64,000 nucleotides of DNA, taken from contig CBDCJH010000002.1 of the NCBI GenBank assembly GCA_965217775.1, forward strand, positions 4,128,001-4,192,000, read 5' to 3'. Position 1 is the stretch's first letter, and every line of letters begins with the position of its first letter. This document shows, piece by piece, positions 18,361 to 28,575 of this stretch. This DNA is from Acidobacteriota bacterium (GTDB taxonomy: Bacteria > Acidobacteriota > UBA6911 > RPQK01 > JAJDTT01). Under the pieces are notes generated by a model. That model did not search any database. It saw only the letters and a list, made by a program, of their open reading frames with translations, and was not told the origin of the DNA. Both the position numbers and the translations under genes were made by a program.

Positions 18361-20393
18361 ACGGAACTTCACTTCCGAAATCCGTCTAATCGTTTGTATG
18401 TCAGGAAGATAGACGAAATCAACCTGCCCAATTACTGGCAACAAATCGGGTCGGGTTGACGTCGAGCAGCTCGAAAACCTTCGCCTGCAGCGGCGTCGGC
18501 TTGGCGAACATCGGAAACGGATGCTCCGGAGCGTCCGGCAGGGTCACCTGGTTCAGGGTGAGCGTGCCGAGATCCGCCAGCAGCGTCCGGAGGCTATGCA
18601 CGGGGAGCCCCTCAGCCGTTTGCTTGCGCGCGGCCTTAGCTTTCGTGCGCGCGGACACCTTTGCCTTTTCCACCGGTGAGGTCCGCAACGCTCGCGCCCC
18701 GGGACGATCCTCCTCCTCGAACAGCAGCGGCGCCAGACGCCGCCTCAGGTGCCATTGCAGGTAGTACGCCAGCAGGCACAGAAAGACGTGCCCGCGCACA
18801 TGGTCCTCGCTGTAGACGAAGACCGGGCGCAGGGCCAGCTGCGCCGTCTTGAGCGAGCGAAACGCCCATTCGACCTGGGAGAGGCTTTTGTACGCCTCCA
18901 CCGCCTCCGCAGCCCCGATGTCGGAGGCCTCCAAGCTGGTGCGAATGATGTAGATGCCGTCCAGTCGCGCTTCCGCGTCGATCTTCTCCTGCCGCCTCGA
19001 CCAGCGGATGTCCTCGTCGGTGACTTCAATCAGGAAGTGTTTGTCCACCTTCTTGCGGCTGACGTCCCGGCCCACCCGGCGGTTGATGGCCTCCTGGCCG
19101 CGTAGCCGAGCGTGGGGGGAGCGCACGGCGCTGGCGATGGTCTCCAGGATCTTCTCGGTCGCGCACAGCAGATCCTCGCGCTTGCGGGCCCGCTCCTGCC
19201 GCAAGCGGGGATTGAGGCAGACCAGCAGCCGTTCGCCGGGAAAATCCGGGCTCAGAATCTCCGCGACCCCGTCCGGAACCAACTCGCCCGGCTGCAACGG
19301 CGCCGGTTCCTCGCCCTTCCCGCCCGATTTTGGGGGCCGCATCAGCTTGCGGATGGCGCCCGTTCTCAAGGCCGAGATCCAGGCCAGACCGGCCGGTGAA
19401 AGGTCCTCGCGCAGCCGCGCCGTGGTGAGCATGCCGCGGTCCCCGACCAAAGCGATGGATTCGATGCCGAAGCGCCCCTGGATCTTCTTGACCTGCGCCG
19501 CCACCGTGCTCGGATCCCCGGTGTTGCCCGGGAACACCTCCACGGACAGCGGGCAACCGTCCCCGGCGCAGAGCAGGCCGAAGACGATCTGCTTCTTACC
19601 TTTCTTGCCGTCTCGGTTGTGGCCGAATGCGGCCAGGGAACAGCAGCGCCCCTCGAGATAGCTGGAGGAGACGTCATAAAGCAAAAGTGTCCGGCCCTCC
19701 AGGTGGCGCCGCGCCAAGCTCTTCTCGATCCAGACTTGGCGGCTCAGCAACCAGTCGAGCATCTGAAGCATCTCGTTGCCGCGGACCGGACCGAGGCCGA
19801 GGACGGGGCCGAGGCTGCTGGTGGCGGTCTCCGGAGACAGGCCCCGGGCGGTGGCGAGCTTGGAGGCGGGTTGGAGCACCCGGGCGACGAGGGCGGCGAG
19901 GGCAAGGTCGCGGTTGCGGCTGCGTTTGCGGTGCAGGAGGCGTTCGAGACCGAGTTGGCGGCCAAGACCGAGGAGGGCGGCGACATGACCATGGGGAAGG
20001 GCGCGGCGGATGGCGAGGTCATCGTCGAGGGGGCGATAGACTTGGCCCCCCTTGAGCAGGGCGCGGATGCCGTCGACGATCTCCGGGGGGAGCTTGGAGA
20101 GGTTGGCGAGGGTGGTGCGGCGGATGCGCTTGCCCTCGCGTTTGGCGTGGCGGAAGAGGATGGCGGGTGGGCTGTTGCGGTTGGGGATGACATCGACGTG
20201 GTAGGACATGGTGGAGAGGCCTCTTACATGGAAACAATATCAATCACTGATACTCCTACCATATAAGGGAATACTGACATAATATGCGAGTCCGTACATG
20301 GAAACAAATATCCAGTTGGAGGCTCGGGCTAAGGAACCGTAAACCGCGCTATTTCAATGATTTACTATGGCTTGAGCGGCAGTGAAGTTCCGT
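18361..20393 (-). mobile_element. IS1634-family insertion sequence, 2033 bp, intact
   Basis: 13-bp perfect TIRs ACGGAACTTCACT / AGTGAAGTTCCGT; CTAA direct repeat on both sides. Confidence 0.9.
18419..20209 (-). CDS. IS1634-family DDE transposase
   Basis: LLYDVSSSYLEG, FGHNRDGKKGKKQI, VGDRGM, YKSLSQVEWAFRSLK, RGHVFLCLLAY. Confidence 0.95.
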   Translation of the reverse strand: MSYHVDVIPNRNSPPAILFRHAKREGKRIRRTTLANLSKLPPEIVDGIRALLKGGQVYRPLDDDLAIRRALPHGHVAALLGLGRQLGLERLLHRKRSRNRDLALAALVARVLQPASKLATARGLSPETATSSLGPVLGLGPVRGNEMLQMLDWLLSRQVWIEKSLARRHLEGRTLLLYDVSSSYLEGRCCSLAAFGHNRDGKKGKKQIVFGLLCAGDGCPLSVEVFPGNTGDPSTVAAQVKKIQGRFGIESIALVGDRGMLTTARLREDLSPAGLAWISALRTGAIRKLMRPPKSGGKGEEPAPLQPGELVPDGVAEILSPDFPGERLLVCLNPRLRQERARKREDLLCATEKILETIASAVRSPHARLRGQEAINRRVGRDVSRKKVDKHFLIEVTDEDIRWSRRQEKIDAEARLDGIYIIRTSLEASDIGAAEAVEAYKSLSQVEWAFRSLKTAQLALRPVFVYSEDHVRGHVFLCLLAYYLQWHLRRRLAPLLFEEEDRPGARALRTSPVEKAKVSARTKAKAARKQTAEGLPVHSLRTLLADLGTLTLNQVTLPDAPEHPFPMFAKPTPLQAKVFELLDVNPTRFVASNWAG

Positions 20394-20606
20394 CTAAAGG
20401 AGATCCTTGAACTGTTGCACCGTCAAGCCAGCATCTTGAACGACGCCACCCATCGTATAGGCATTAACCGGATTGTGGCGAGGAATTGTGAGTAGCCGCC
20501 TTCCGTCGCTCATGACCACGTGCTTACCTTGATTCACGATCTGGAAACCAGCTTTCTCAAGCGCACGAACCGCCCGAAGGTGATTAATTCCTGGGATCTT
20601 CGGCAC
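20394..20606 (-). CDS. hicA: HicA-family toxin
   Basis: RALEKAGF...GKHVVM...LTIPRH; GTG start 1 nt after the hicB stop. Confidence 0.88.
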   Translation of the reverse strand: MPKIPGINHLRAVRALEKAGFQIVNQGKHVVMSDGRRLLTIPRHNPVNAYTMGGVVQDAGLTVQQFKDLL

Positions 20607-20607
20607 G

Positions 20608-20805
20608 CTAGACGGCGACCTCAACCTCTCGGGTTTGTTGTCCCTCAGAGATTTTCTTTACCGCCGTCAGGTACTCCTGAATCGCAGACCTAATATTTTC
20701 GAGGGCTTCCGCTTCTGTCTTACCCTGTGACCAGCACCCGGGAAGTCCAGGACACGAAATGCTATAGCCTTCTTCCGATCGCATAAGAACTACTCGGTAT
20801 TTCAT
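20608..20805 (-). CDS. hicB: HicB-family antitoxin (short form)
   Basis: GYSISCPGLPGCWSQGKTEAEALENIRSAI. Confidence 0.9.
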   Translation of the reverse strand: MKYRVVLMRSEEGYSISCPGLPGCWSQGKTEAEALENIRSAIQEYLTAVKKISEGQQTREVEVAV

Positions 20806-20922
20806 GTTCTATCCATTCTGCACTGAAGACCTTTGATCATACAGCCGACTTCTGCCTGGACTTTCTCTGTTTTTCTGGAGGTTCAATCTCCGTTTCCGGG
20901 CGGTTGGGGAGTGCGCCCCCTT

Positions 20923-22392
20923 CTACGTCCCCGATTCCGGCCCCACCGGAGCCCAGCGGAAGCACCCGTACTGCGACTCGTAAAGATTGTAGTCTCCGGT
21001 ACTTCGAGCGATCTCCCACATGCCCGCGGCCATCTCCCGGCACAGCGGCCCGCGGCTCCCGGCCAGGTTGTGCAGCTCGTGTGGGTCCCGCTCCAAGTCG
21101 TAGATCTCGTCTTCATCGAAGGCGTTGAAGACGTACTTGTGCCGCCCACGCCAGAGGACCCTCTGAGTGTAGGCCATCCGCTGTCCCTGCATCTCGGCGT
21201 AGGCTTGTGAATCCCAGCCGGAGCCGTCTCCCCCCAACAGCGGACGCAGCGAACGGCCGTGGCAGGAAAAGCCCTCTCCCAGCATCAGCTCCATCAGGGT
21301 CGGAGCCACGTCCAGCAGGCTGACGATCCCGGGGGCCTCCTGCCCCGGTCTCACCCCCGGACCCTTCAGGATCAAAGGCACACGATACGCTTCCTCGAAG
21401 GCGGGGACCCCCTTGAGCATCAGGCGGTGGGCGCCCATGTAGTCGCCATGGTCCGACAGGAACAGGACCAACGTATTCTCCGACTGCTCCGTCTCCTCCA
21501 AGACCCTCAGAACCCTCCCGACCTGGTCGTCGATGAGGGAGCAGAAGGCGTAGTAGCAGGCGGTGGCCTCGGCGAAGTCGGACCATCGCATCTGGTCCCA
21601 GACGCTCTGCATCCGCCGGTAGATGGCGGGACGATGGGCCAGATCGTCGTGGAAACTGGAGGGAGGAGTCAGGGCACGGGCGTCGTAGAGACGCCGGTAC
21701 TCCCTCGGTACGACGTAGGGGTCATGGGGCCCGACCGTGCTCAGGAAGAGGCACCAGGGCTGCTCCTGCCGGGCCGACCCGGTCAGAAAGTCGATCCCGC
21801 GAGAGAAGACGTAGTGCTCGCCGGTGCCTTCCACGGGCTCGTCCACGACGCCGTGCAACAGCAGGTCCTTATAGCCGCGGTGGCGAACCATGCCCCTCCG
21901 CTCCCAACGGCGGTCCTCTTCGGGGAGTCCCAGGCGCCGACGGCGCTCCAGGTAGCCGGCGTTGGGAACCCTCCGGCAACCCACCTCGGCCGCCTCGAAA
22001 CTCTCCATCAGCTCGTAGGTATCGAACCCGAACCGCTCCAGCCGGTTCGAGCGCTCGATGTGCCATTTCCCGAAGTAGCCGGTGCGATACCCGGCCTCCC
22101 GGAGCCGCCGGCTCCAGAAGGGTAGTCCCGGCTTCAGGTCGGCGCGATAGGGTTCCACCGTATGGGTGCAGTCGACCATCCCGTGGCTGTGGGGCAGGAG
22201 ACCTGTCATCAGGCTGGCGCGGCTGGGCGAGCAGATGGGGTTGGTAGAGTAGCAGCGCAGGAAACGCGTTCCCCCGGCGGCCAGCTCGTCCAGGTTGGGG
22301 GTCCGGCAGGGAGAGGAGGGAGCTACAGTGTCGGCACGCTGCTGATCGGTCATCAGCACCAGCAGATTGGGTCGGGGCAAGCGTCCTCCCAT
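20923..22392 (-). CDS. Sulfatase (formylglycine-dependent, choline-sulfatase-like)
   Basis: PNLLVLMTDQQR, CSPSRASLMTG (CxPxR), GKWH, PHDPY, SDHG. Confidence 0.92.
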   Translation of the reverse strand: MGGRLPRPNLLVLMTDQQRADTVAPSSPCRTPNLDELAAGGTRFLRCYSTNPICSPSRASLMTGLLPHSHGMVDCTHTVEPYRADLKPGLPFWSRRLREAGYRTGYFGKWHIERSNRLERFGFDTYELMESFEAAEVGCRRVPNAGYLERRRRLGLPEEDRRWERRGMVRHRGYKDLLLHGVVDEPVEGTGEHYVFSRGIDFLTGSARQEQPWCLFLSTVGPHDPYVVPREYRRLYDARALTPPSSFHDDLAHRPAIYRRMQSVWDQMRWSDFAEATACYYAFCSLIDDQVGRVLRVLEETEQSENTLVLFLSDHGDYMGAHRLMLKGVPAFEEAYRVPLILKGPGVRPGQEAPGIVSLLDVAPTLMELMLGEGFSCHGRSLRPLLGGDGSGWDSQAYAEMQGQRMAYTQRVLWRGRHKYVFNAFDEDEIYDLERDPHELHNLAGSRGPLCREMAAGMWEIARSTGDYNLYESQYGCFRWAPVGPESGT

Positions 22393-22406
22393 CGGGCAAG
22401 CTACCT

Positions 22407-22872
22407 GGAGCTTATATATCTGACTTGACGTCAGCACACCGTTCCGGCGCCACGTTCGGCCCGCTGGCCCACGTTTCGGCACCCAGGGCAAGAACCCCCG
22501 CCCTGAGAATGTTCAGGGCTGCATTGTGGTCCCTGTCCATTCTGAGATCACAGGCTGAGCAGCGATACGTTTCGCTCCTTCCCGGTCGATTCCGGGCGCC
22601 ACAACGGTGACAGTCCTGCGACGTGTATTTCGGGTTGACTTCCACGAACTCCCGACCGGCCCATTCTGCCTTGTACTGGAGTTGATTCCGCAGCAGCCCC
22701 CATTGCTGTGAGAGCATTTCTCGATTCAGGCCCTTCCGCTTCAGGCCCTTCGTCGACATCCCCTTGATGTCCAACTTCTCCACCGCAATCAGTCCGTTCT
22801 TGCGGATGATCTCAGTGGTCTGCCGGTGACAGGCGTTCCGGTTGCGGACACCCTCTTAGATATTTAAGCCCC
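22407..22872 (-). mobile_element. Internally deleted element carrying the TnpB C-terminal third, bounded by imperfect inverted repeats
   Basis: Ends GGAGCTTATATATCTGA / TTAGATATTTAAGCCCC (14/17 complementary). Confidence 0.55.
22412..22849 (-). pseudogene. tnpB: TnpB RNA-guided nuclease, 5'-truncated
   Basis: IAVEKL (RuvC-II), YKAEWAG...VNPKYTSQDCHRCG...CSAC (Zn finger), DRDHNAALNI (RuvC-III); in-frame stop just upstream. Confidence 0.88.
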
Positions 22873-23021
22873 TACCACACTATTATTGGGCTGTCCCTGT
22901 GTTCCAGCCCTCGACCCAGTCTACCAAGCCTCGACCTTCGGCTTGGCATTCGGTAGAAAAGTCCTGTCCGAGCGTCCCCTTTTAGGATCGTGGATTCCTT
23001 TCGCTTTCGTGAGGAGGCAGA

Positions 23022-24677
23022 TTGTCAAGAGACCACAAACAGGCCGCCATCCTCTTGCTGGTCCTGCTGGCTGGCATTGCTCTGGGCGCAACCCTGCAGA
23101 AATCAGGCTTTCTGAAGCTTCCGGGCCGGCAGACGCCAGCCCAAATTGGTTTCGAAGCCACCACGGGCATCTCGGTGCAGACCGCCGTTCCGCAGGTGGT
23201 GGAGGAGGCCACCCTCTTTGCCTTCGACAACGTCTCGATTCCTTTTCACCGAAACCTGTACCTCTCCATGCATTCCGGCCGGAAGCATCCCCGGAACCCC
23301 GTCATCAGCCGGGAGGAGGGCCGGCCGGATGAAGCCCGGGCTCAATATCTGGGAACCGTGCTGCGTCACGAAGGCAGATTCAGAATGTGGTACGTGGCTG
23401 CCGACAGGGAGAGCTTCCGTGCCTTCAGCACGCAGGGTGTCATGACCGGCTGGAGGGTGGCGTATGCGGAGAGCGAGGATGGCGTCCATTGGAGAAAACC
23501 CAACTTGGGCCTGGTCGAATACGCCGGAAATCGCGACAACAACCTGGTTCTGGTGGACCCGCCCGAGTTGAGCGTGATCGCGGGGCTGACCATCCTTTAC
23601 GAACCGGAGGACCCGAATCCCTCCCGGCGATTCAAGATGATGGCCGCCGCCCCTGCCGAGAGGACGAAGACCACGGCGGTTCCGCTCTACAGCGGCGACG
23701 GCCTGCGCTGGCGGCCGGCCCGGGAGACGAAGCTGATCCGGAAACGCGAGGGGAAGTGGCTCGCCTGGAGGGTGCCGGAGGAAAATCTCGCGATTCCCGA
23801 GTTCCTGGAACACGCCGGGCTCTACAAATGGGATGGGATGTACTACGTCGCCGGGCAGCAGATCAGTCCCTGGGTATGGCTGTGGGACGGTCAACCCTCC
23901 GGTCGAGTGATGTCCATCTTCCGGTCATCGGATTTCGTCGAATGGTCGGATACGAAGTCCCTGTCGTTCGTACGCTACGGCTACCGCTCGATGCCGACCA
24001 ATGCGGGGGAAGAGTCTCACGAGCCCGCCAGCGTCTGGAATCGCGGCAATGTGCTGCTGGGGACCTACGGACAGTTTCACGGTGTTCCCGGGTCGCCGGC
24101 CCATCCCATGGACCTGGGTCTGCTCATCAGCAACGACGGCATCCATTTCCGGGAGCCGGTTCCCGATTTCGTATTCCTGCCCCGAGGAGAGCCTCGGAGT
24201 TGGGAAGGTGGAGGACTGCTCCAAGGGCAGGGGTTCGAGAATGTGGGAGACGAGACCTACATCTGGTATGGCGGTTGGGACAACGACGTCACCCGACCCG
24301 ATACCTACGGGGAGATCGGATTGGCGCGCTGGCGCAGAGATGGCTTCGGCTCCTTGTCAGTCAAGAATCCGGAGCGTCCGGCGGCGATCGTCACCTGTCC
24401 CATCCAGGCCCGGGGAGCGGTCACGATTCAACTCAACGCGGAGGGACTCTCGGACCGGGCCTGGTTGCGGGTCGAACTTCTGGATCGGGCAGAGCGGCCG
24501 CTTTCGGGATACTCCGGCGGTGACTCTGCGACCGTCTACAAATCGGGTTTGAGGGAGCCGGTCTCCTGGAAGGGCAAGAAGCGGGTCCCGGGACTTTCGA
24601 GTGGGTTCAAGATCCGGGTCAACTTCGAAGGGGAGAGACAGGACATCAGGCTCTACGCCCTCTACGTCGGCGGGTGA
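23022..24677 (+). CDS. Secreted beta-propeller glycosidase-like protein (paralogue 2, subfamily B)
   Basis: GAGGAGG RBS, YAESEDGVHWRKPNLG, SNDGIHFREP, RRDGFGS. Confidence 0.85.
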   Translation: MSRDHKQAAILLLVLLAGIALGATLQKSGFLKLPGRQTPAQIGFEATTGISVQTAVPQVVEEATLFAFDNVSIPFHRNLYLSMHSGRKHPRNPVISREEGRPDEARAQYLGTVLRHEGRFRMWYVAADRESFRAFSTQGVMTGWRVAYAESEDGVHWRKPNLGLVEYAGNRDNNLVLVDPPELSVIAGLTILYEPEDPNPSRRFKMMAAAPAERTKTTAVPLYSGDGLRWRPARETKLIRKREGKWLAWRVPEENLAIPEFLEHAGLYKWDGMYYVAGQQISPWVWLWDGQPSGRVMSIFRSSDFVEWSDTKSLSFVRYGYRSMPTNAGEESHEPASVWNRGNVLLGTYGQFHGVPGSPAHPMDLGLLISNDGIHFREPVPDFVFLPRGEPRSWEGGGLLQGQGFENVGDETYIWYGGWDNDVTRPDTYGEIGLARWRRDGFGSLSVKNPERPAAIVTCPIQARGAVTIQLNAEGLSDRAWLRVELLDRAERPLSGYSGGDSATVYKSGLREPVSWKGKKRVPGLSSGFKIRVNFEGERQDIRLYALYVGG

Positions 24678-24701
24678 AAGGATCAGACGCCGAAATCCCG
24701 A

Positions 24702-26294
24702 TCAGGCGTCGGCGCAGGGGCGATTGGAAATCGCCCCTCCCCCCAGATCCCGAAGGATGGCGTGGGCCGCATTGTGACCGGGCGCTCCCGAGACCTCGCC
24801 GCCCGGGTGGGTGCCGGCGCCGCAGAGCCACAGGTCCGGGATGGGAGTCTTGTACTCGGCCCAGCCGCTGAGCGGCCGGCGGGAGAAGACCTGACTCGGT
24901 GTCATGTCCAGGTGGTGGATGTTGCCGTCGGTCAGGTAGACGCGGCGCTCCAGGTCGGGCGGCGTCAGGAGCATCCAATCCGCGATGGCCTCCCGAAAGT
25001 TGGGAGCGTATGCCGCAACCGCGTCGATCAGAGCTTCTCCCGCCTGTTCCCGGCGCTCGTCCCAGTTGCCTCGGGCGAGGCGGACCGGCGCGTACTCGGC
25101 GAAGATGGACAGGACGTGCTTGCCCGGCGGGCAGATGCTGCGATCGTAGATCGAGGGGATCTGGATGGACATGACGGGCTGCCTCGAGGGGCGGCCCCGC
25201 CGGGCGTCCCGCCACGCCCGACGCACGTGGTCGATGGAGGGGCAGATCCAGACGCGGGTCGTGATGCGCGGATCGTAGTCCCTCCCCAGATAGGAGGAGA
25301 AGTCGGGCAACTCGTTCATGGCGGCGTGGAACTTGAAATATCCGATCTCGGTCCGGCGGCCACGGACCCGCCGGCGGAAACCGGCAGGGAGGTGTTGGGG
25401 TTCGACCAGTCTCAGGAAGGTGCGCTTGGGATCGGCGTTGGAGACGACCAGACGGCTGCGGATCGTCTCTCCGCTGGTCAATTCGACGCCTTGCGCCCGG
25501 CCGTCCTCCACCAGGACGCGGCGGACCTCGCACCCGGTTCGTATGGTCCCGCCCTGGCTCTTCAGATAACCGGCCATGGCCCGCGTGACGGAGCCCATCC
25601 CCCCTTTGACGATGCCCACGATCCGCCGTTCGGGCTCCACGTCGCCGGGCAGGAAGGCCACGGGCAGGGCGCTGCCGACGGAGCGGGGGTCACCGTGGTC
25701 GCCGGAATTGATCACCGCGGCCCGGACATGCTCCGACTCGAAGAACTCCTCGACCAGGTCGGCGTGGCTGATGGTCAGGACCTTCTTGTAGATCTCCTCG
25801 TTGCCCGTCTCCCGCGCCCGCCGCGCCAGATCGCGGTGGGTCGGAGGTGGCGTGAGCACATAGGGGTGCACGATGGCATCGAACCGTTCCCAGAACCGGT
25901 TCCAGCGCCGGTAGCTCTCCGCGTCCCGCCGGGAGAAAGCACCGATGGCCTCCGCGTTGCGCTCCGGGTCCTGGTGCAGCACCAGATATCGGCCGTCGAG
26001 GTAGGGACGAAACGCGAAGGGTTCGAGTTGAAAGACCTCGAAACCGTATCGATGCAGCTCCAGGTCTTCCGCAATCCTGGGGTGCAGGGCGTAGAGCATG
26101 AAGGAACAACTGGAGAAGTGGAAACCGGGGAAGAGTTCTTCGGTGACACAGGCCCCGCCGACCAGCGATCGCCGCTCCAGGACCTGAACCTCCAGCCCGG
26201 CCCGCGCCAGATAACCGCCCGCGACCAGCCCATTGTGCCCCGCCCCTACGATGAGGACGTCGACTTCCTGCGCTTTTCCGTCGACCGCTTTCAT
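24702..26294 (-). CDS. Phytoene dehydrogenase-like FAD oxidoreductase
   Basis: IVGAGHNGL, LERRSLVGGACVTEE, GGMG, LCGAGTHPGGEVSGAPGHNAA. Confidence 0.9.
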   Translation of the reverse strand: MKAVDGKAQEVDVLIVGAGHNGLVAGGYLARAGLEVQVLERRSLVGGACVTEELFPGFHFSSCSFMLYALHPRIAEDLELHRYGFEVFQLEPFAFRPYLDGRYLVLHQDPERNAEAIGAFSRRDAESYRRWNRFWERFDAIVHPYVLTPPPTHRDLARRARETGNEEIYKKVLTISHADLVEEFFESEHVRAAVINSGDHGDPRSVGSALPVAFLPGDVEPERRIVGIVKGGMGSVTRAMAGYLKSQGGTIRTGCEVRRVLVEDGRAQGVELTSGETIRSRLVVSNADPKRTFLRLVEPQHLPAGFRRRVRGRRTEIGYFKFHAAMNELPDFSSYLGRDYDPRITTRVWICPSIDHVRRAWRDARRGRPSRQPVMSIQIPSIYDRSICPPGKHVLSIFAEYAPVRLARGNWDERREQAGEALIDAVAAYAPNFREAIADWMLLTPPDLERRVYLTDGNIHHLDMTPSQVFSRRPLSGWAEYKTPIPDLWLCGAGTHPGGEVSGAPGHNAAHAILRDLGGGAISNRPCADA

Positions 26295-26441
26295 CTTCGT
26301 TCCTTCGTCCCGGGCTCTTTCTCCCTGAGGGTAGCCAGTTGCGCTTCTGTCGTCGCTCCAGGCCGAGTCAAGGTCGAGGCCCGGGGACCGCATTCTGAAG
26401 CCGTTTGACCGCAGACTCAATTCCTGTGAGGATGCGGGTTC

Positions 26442-28514
26442 GTGTCTTCCAGCCGAGTGTCCGGTACAGCCTGCATACTTCTCGTCGTTCTTCTCCGGAT
26501 CCTGCCGGCCGAATTTGCGTTCGGCGCCGAACTCCGGGTGCTGCCGGCATCGGAGAGATCGGACAAGGAGGTCCGGATGTTGCAGGATCACCTCCGACCG
26601 CTCGTCCATGCCGCGCTGGATCGGCGATTGGAAGCGTATAAAGAGCTGAAGAGTGCGGAGCAGATCCATGCCTACCAGCAACGCCTGCGGGCAGAGTTTA
26701 TCCGGAGCCTGGGCGGCTTCCCGGACCGTACCCCCCTCCGCCCTCGAATCGTGGGCCGGCTGGAAGGGGACAGGTTCCGAGTCGAAAAGCTGATCTACGA
26801 GAGCCGGCCCGGTTTCCACGTGACGGCGGCCCTCTACCTGCCGGAGGCCGAACCACCCTATCCCGGCGTCCTGCTCCCCTGCGGTCACAGCGAAAACGGG
26901 AAAGCGGCCGAACTCTATCAACGGGCGGCCATCCTGATGGCCCGGAACGGTCTGGCGGTGCTCTGCTACGATCCCATCGGCCAGGGGGAGCGCAAGCAGA
27001 TTCTGCAGGACAGCGCGGACCGGTCAGCGACGGTGAAGGGCCGATTCCGCCCCACCGGTGAGCACAATCTGGCCGGCGTCGCCCCCATTCTGCTGGGGCA
27101 GAACCTGGCAACCTACCGCATCTGGGATGGCATCCGCAGCATCGACTACCTCGCCGGCCGCGACGACATCGACGAGTCGCGCATCGGCTGCACCGGGAAC
27201 TCGGGCGGCGGCCTCATGACCGCCTACCTGATGGCGCTCGACGAGAGAATCGTGGCTGCGGCATCGAGTTGCTTCATCACCACCACTCGCCGCAAGAACG
27301 ACGACCCCGGACCGGGCGATGCGGAGCAGAACATCTTCGCTCAGACCGCATACGGCATGGACCATCCAGACTACATTCTGATGCGAGCTCCGAAGCCAAG
27401 TTTGATTCTGGCCGCCACACGAGACTTCGTGCCCATCGCCGGCGCCTGGGAGACGTTCCGGCAGGCCAAGCGGCTCTACACCCGGTTGGGCGTCCCGGAG
27501 CGAGTCGACCTGGTGGAAGCGGACGAGGAACACGGATTCTCCCTGCATCTGCGCACCGGCGCCTGCCGCTGGATGCGGCGGTGGCTGCTGAACCGGATCG
27601 ACGAGGTGATCGAATCCGACTTCGGCGTCTTCTCCGACCGGCAGCTTCAATGCACGCCCCGAGGACAGGTCCTGTTGCTGGAGGGGGCGAGATCGGTCTT
27701 CCAGCTCTACCGAGCCGAGGAGGCGAGGCTCCGGCGGCATCGAGAGCGGTCCGGGCGGCGGATGACCGGCGAGGAGCGAAGAGCCAAGGTGAGGGAAATG
27801 GCGGGCATCCGTCCTGTCTCGGAGATCCCGCCACCGGAGGCCCAAGCGTCGGGTACGGTCCAGCGCACCGGTTACCGCATCGAGAAGCTGATCCTGAAAT
27901 CCGCCGATGGGTTCCCGTTGCCGGCGTTGCGGTTCGTTCCCGAGAACTCCGGCGGCGAACGGACGCTGTACCTGAACGGGCGGGGCAAGCAGTTCGACGC
28001 CGGTCCCGGAGGACCCATCGAGTCGCTGGTGCGCAACGGGCATCAGGTGCTGGCCGTAGATCTGACTGGCTTGGGAGAGACCGAGTCCACGGCGTGGCGG
28101 TACGACCCCAAATACATCGGAAGCAACTCGGCCGAGTATTTCATCTCCTACATGCTGGGGCGTTCGCTGGTCGGCATGAGGGCCGAAGACGTGCTTGTCT
28201 GCGCGCGTTATCTGAACGCCCGAAGCGAGGAGGCGAATGGAGTGAACCTGGTCGCCGCGGGCAGGGCGGGCATCCCTGCACTTCACGCGGCGGCCGTCGA
28301 GCCGCGGCTGTTTCGCCAGGTCACGGTTCGGGACTCCATCGACAGTTGGCGGCGTGTCGTCGAAACCGACTTGACCGTCGACCAGCTCGAAAACACGGTG
28401 CACGGGGCGCTCCGCCGGTACGATTTGGAAGACCTGGCACGGCTGGCCGGGAGGGACCGGGTCGTCTTCGAGAGGATCCGGACCGCGTCCGGCGCCTTGA
28501 TCGAACCCGATTGA
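26442..28514 (+). CDS. Secreted tandem alpha/beta-hydrolase (acetylxylan esterase-like)
   Basis: CGHSENGK, DPIGQGER, GCTGNSGGG nucleophile motif, duplicated hydrolase module. Confidence 0.85.
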   Translation: MSSSRVSGTACILLVVLLRILPAEFAFGAELRVLPASERSDKEVRMLQDHLRPLVHAALDRRLEAYKELKSAEQIHAYQQRLRAEFIRSLGGFPDRTPLRPRIVGRLEGDRFRVEKLIYESRPGFHVTAALYLPEAEPPYPGVLLPCGHSENGKAAELYQRAAILMARNGLAVLCYDPIGQGERKQILQDSADRSATVKGRFRPTGEHNLAGVAPILLGQNLATYRIWDGIRSIDYLAGRDDIDESRIGCTGNSGGGLMTAYLMALDERIVAAASSCFITTTRRKNDDPGPGDAEQNIFAQTAYGMDHPDYILMRAPKPSLILAATRDFVPIAGAWETFRQAKRLYTRLGVPERVDLVEADEEHGFSLHLRTGACRWMRRWLLNRIDEVIESDFGVFSDRQLQCTPRGQVLLLEGARSVFQLYRAEEARLRRHRERSGRRMTGEERRAKVREMAGIRPVSEIPPPEAQASGTVQRTGYRIEKLILKSADGFPLPALRFVPENSGGERTLYLNGRGKQFDAGPGGPIESLVRNGHQVLAVDLTGLGETESTAWRYDPKYIGSNSAEYFISYMLGRSLVGMRAEDVLVCARYLNARSEEANGVNLVAAGRAGIPALHAAAVEPRLFRQVTVRDSIDSWRRVVETDLTVDQLENTVHGALRRYDLEDLARLAGRDRVVFERIRTASGALIEPD

Positions 28515-28575
28515 CATGGAAGAAAAGAAGCTCGCCCCTCCTTCGGGTTGGGCGACGGAAACGTGAGGACATGAC

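Noticed and set aside
20226-20310. Direct repeat TACATGGAAACAA
   Set aside because: It lies inside the IS1634 end region and is probably a transposase-binding or promoter feature, not a separate element.
26295-26921. N-terminal extension of the 739-aa oxidoreductase ORF
   Set aside because: It overlaps the divergent esterase; the FAD motif begins just after the ATG at 26294.
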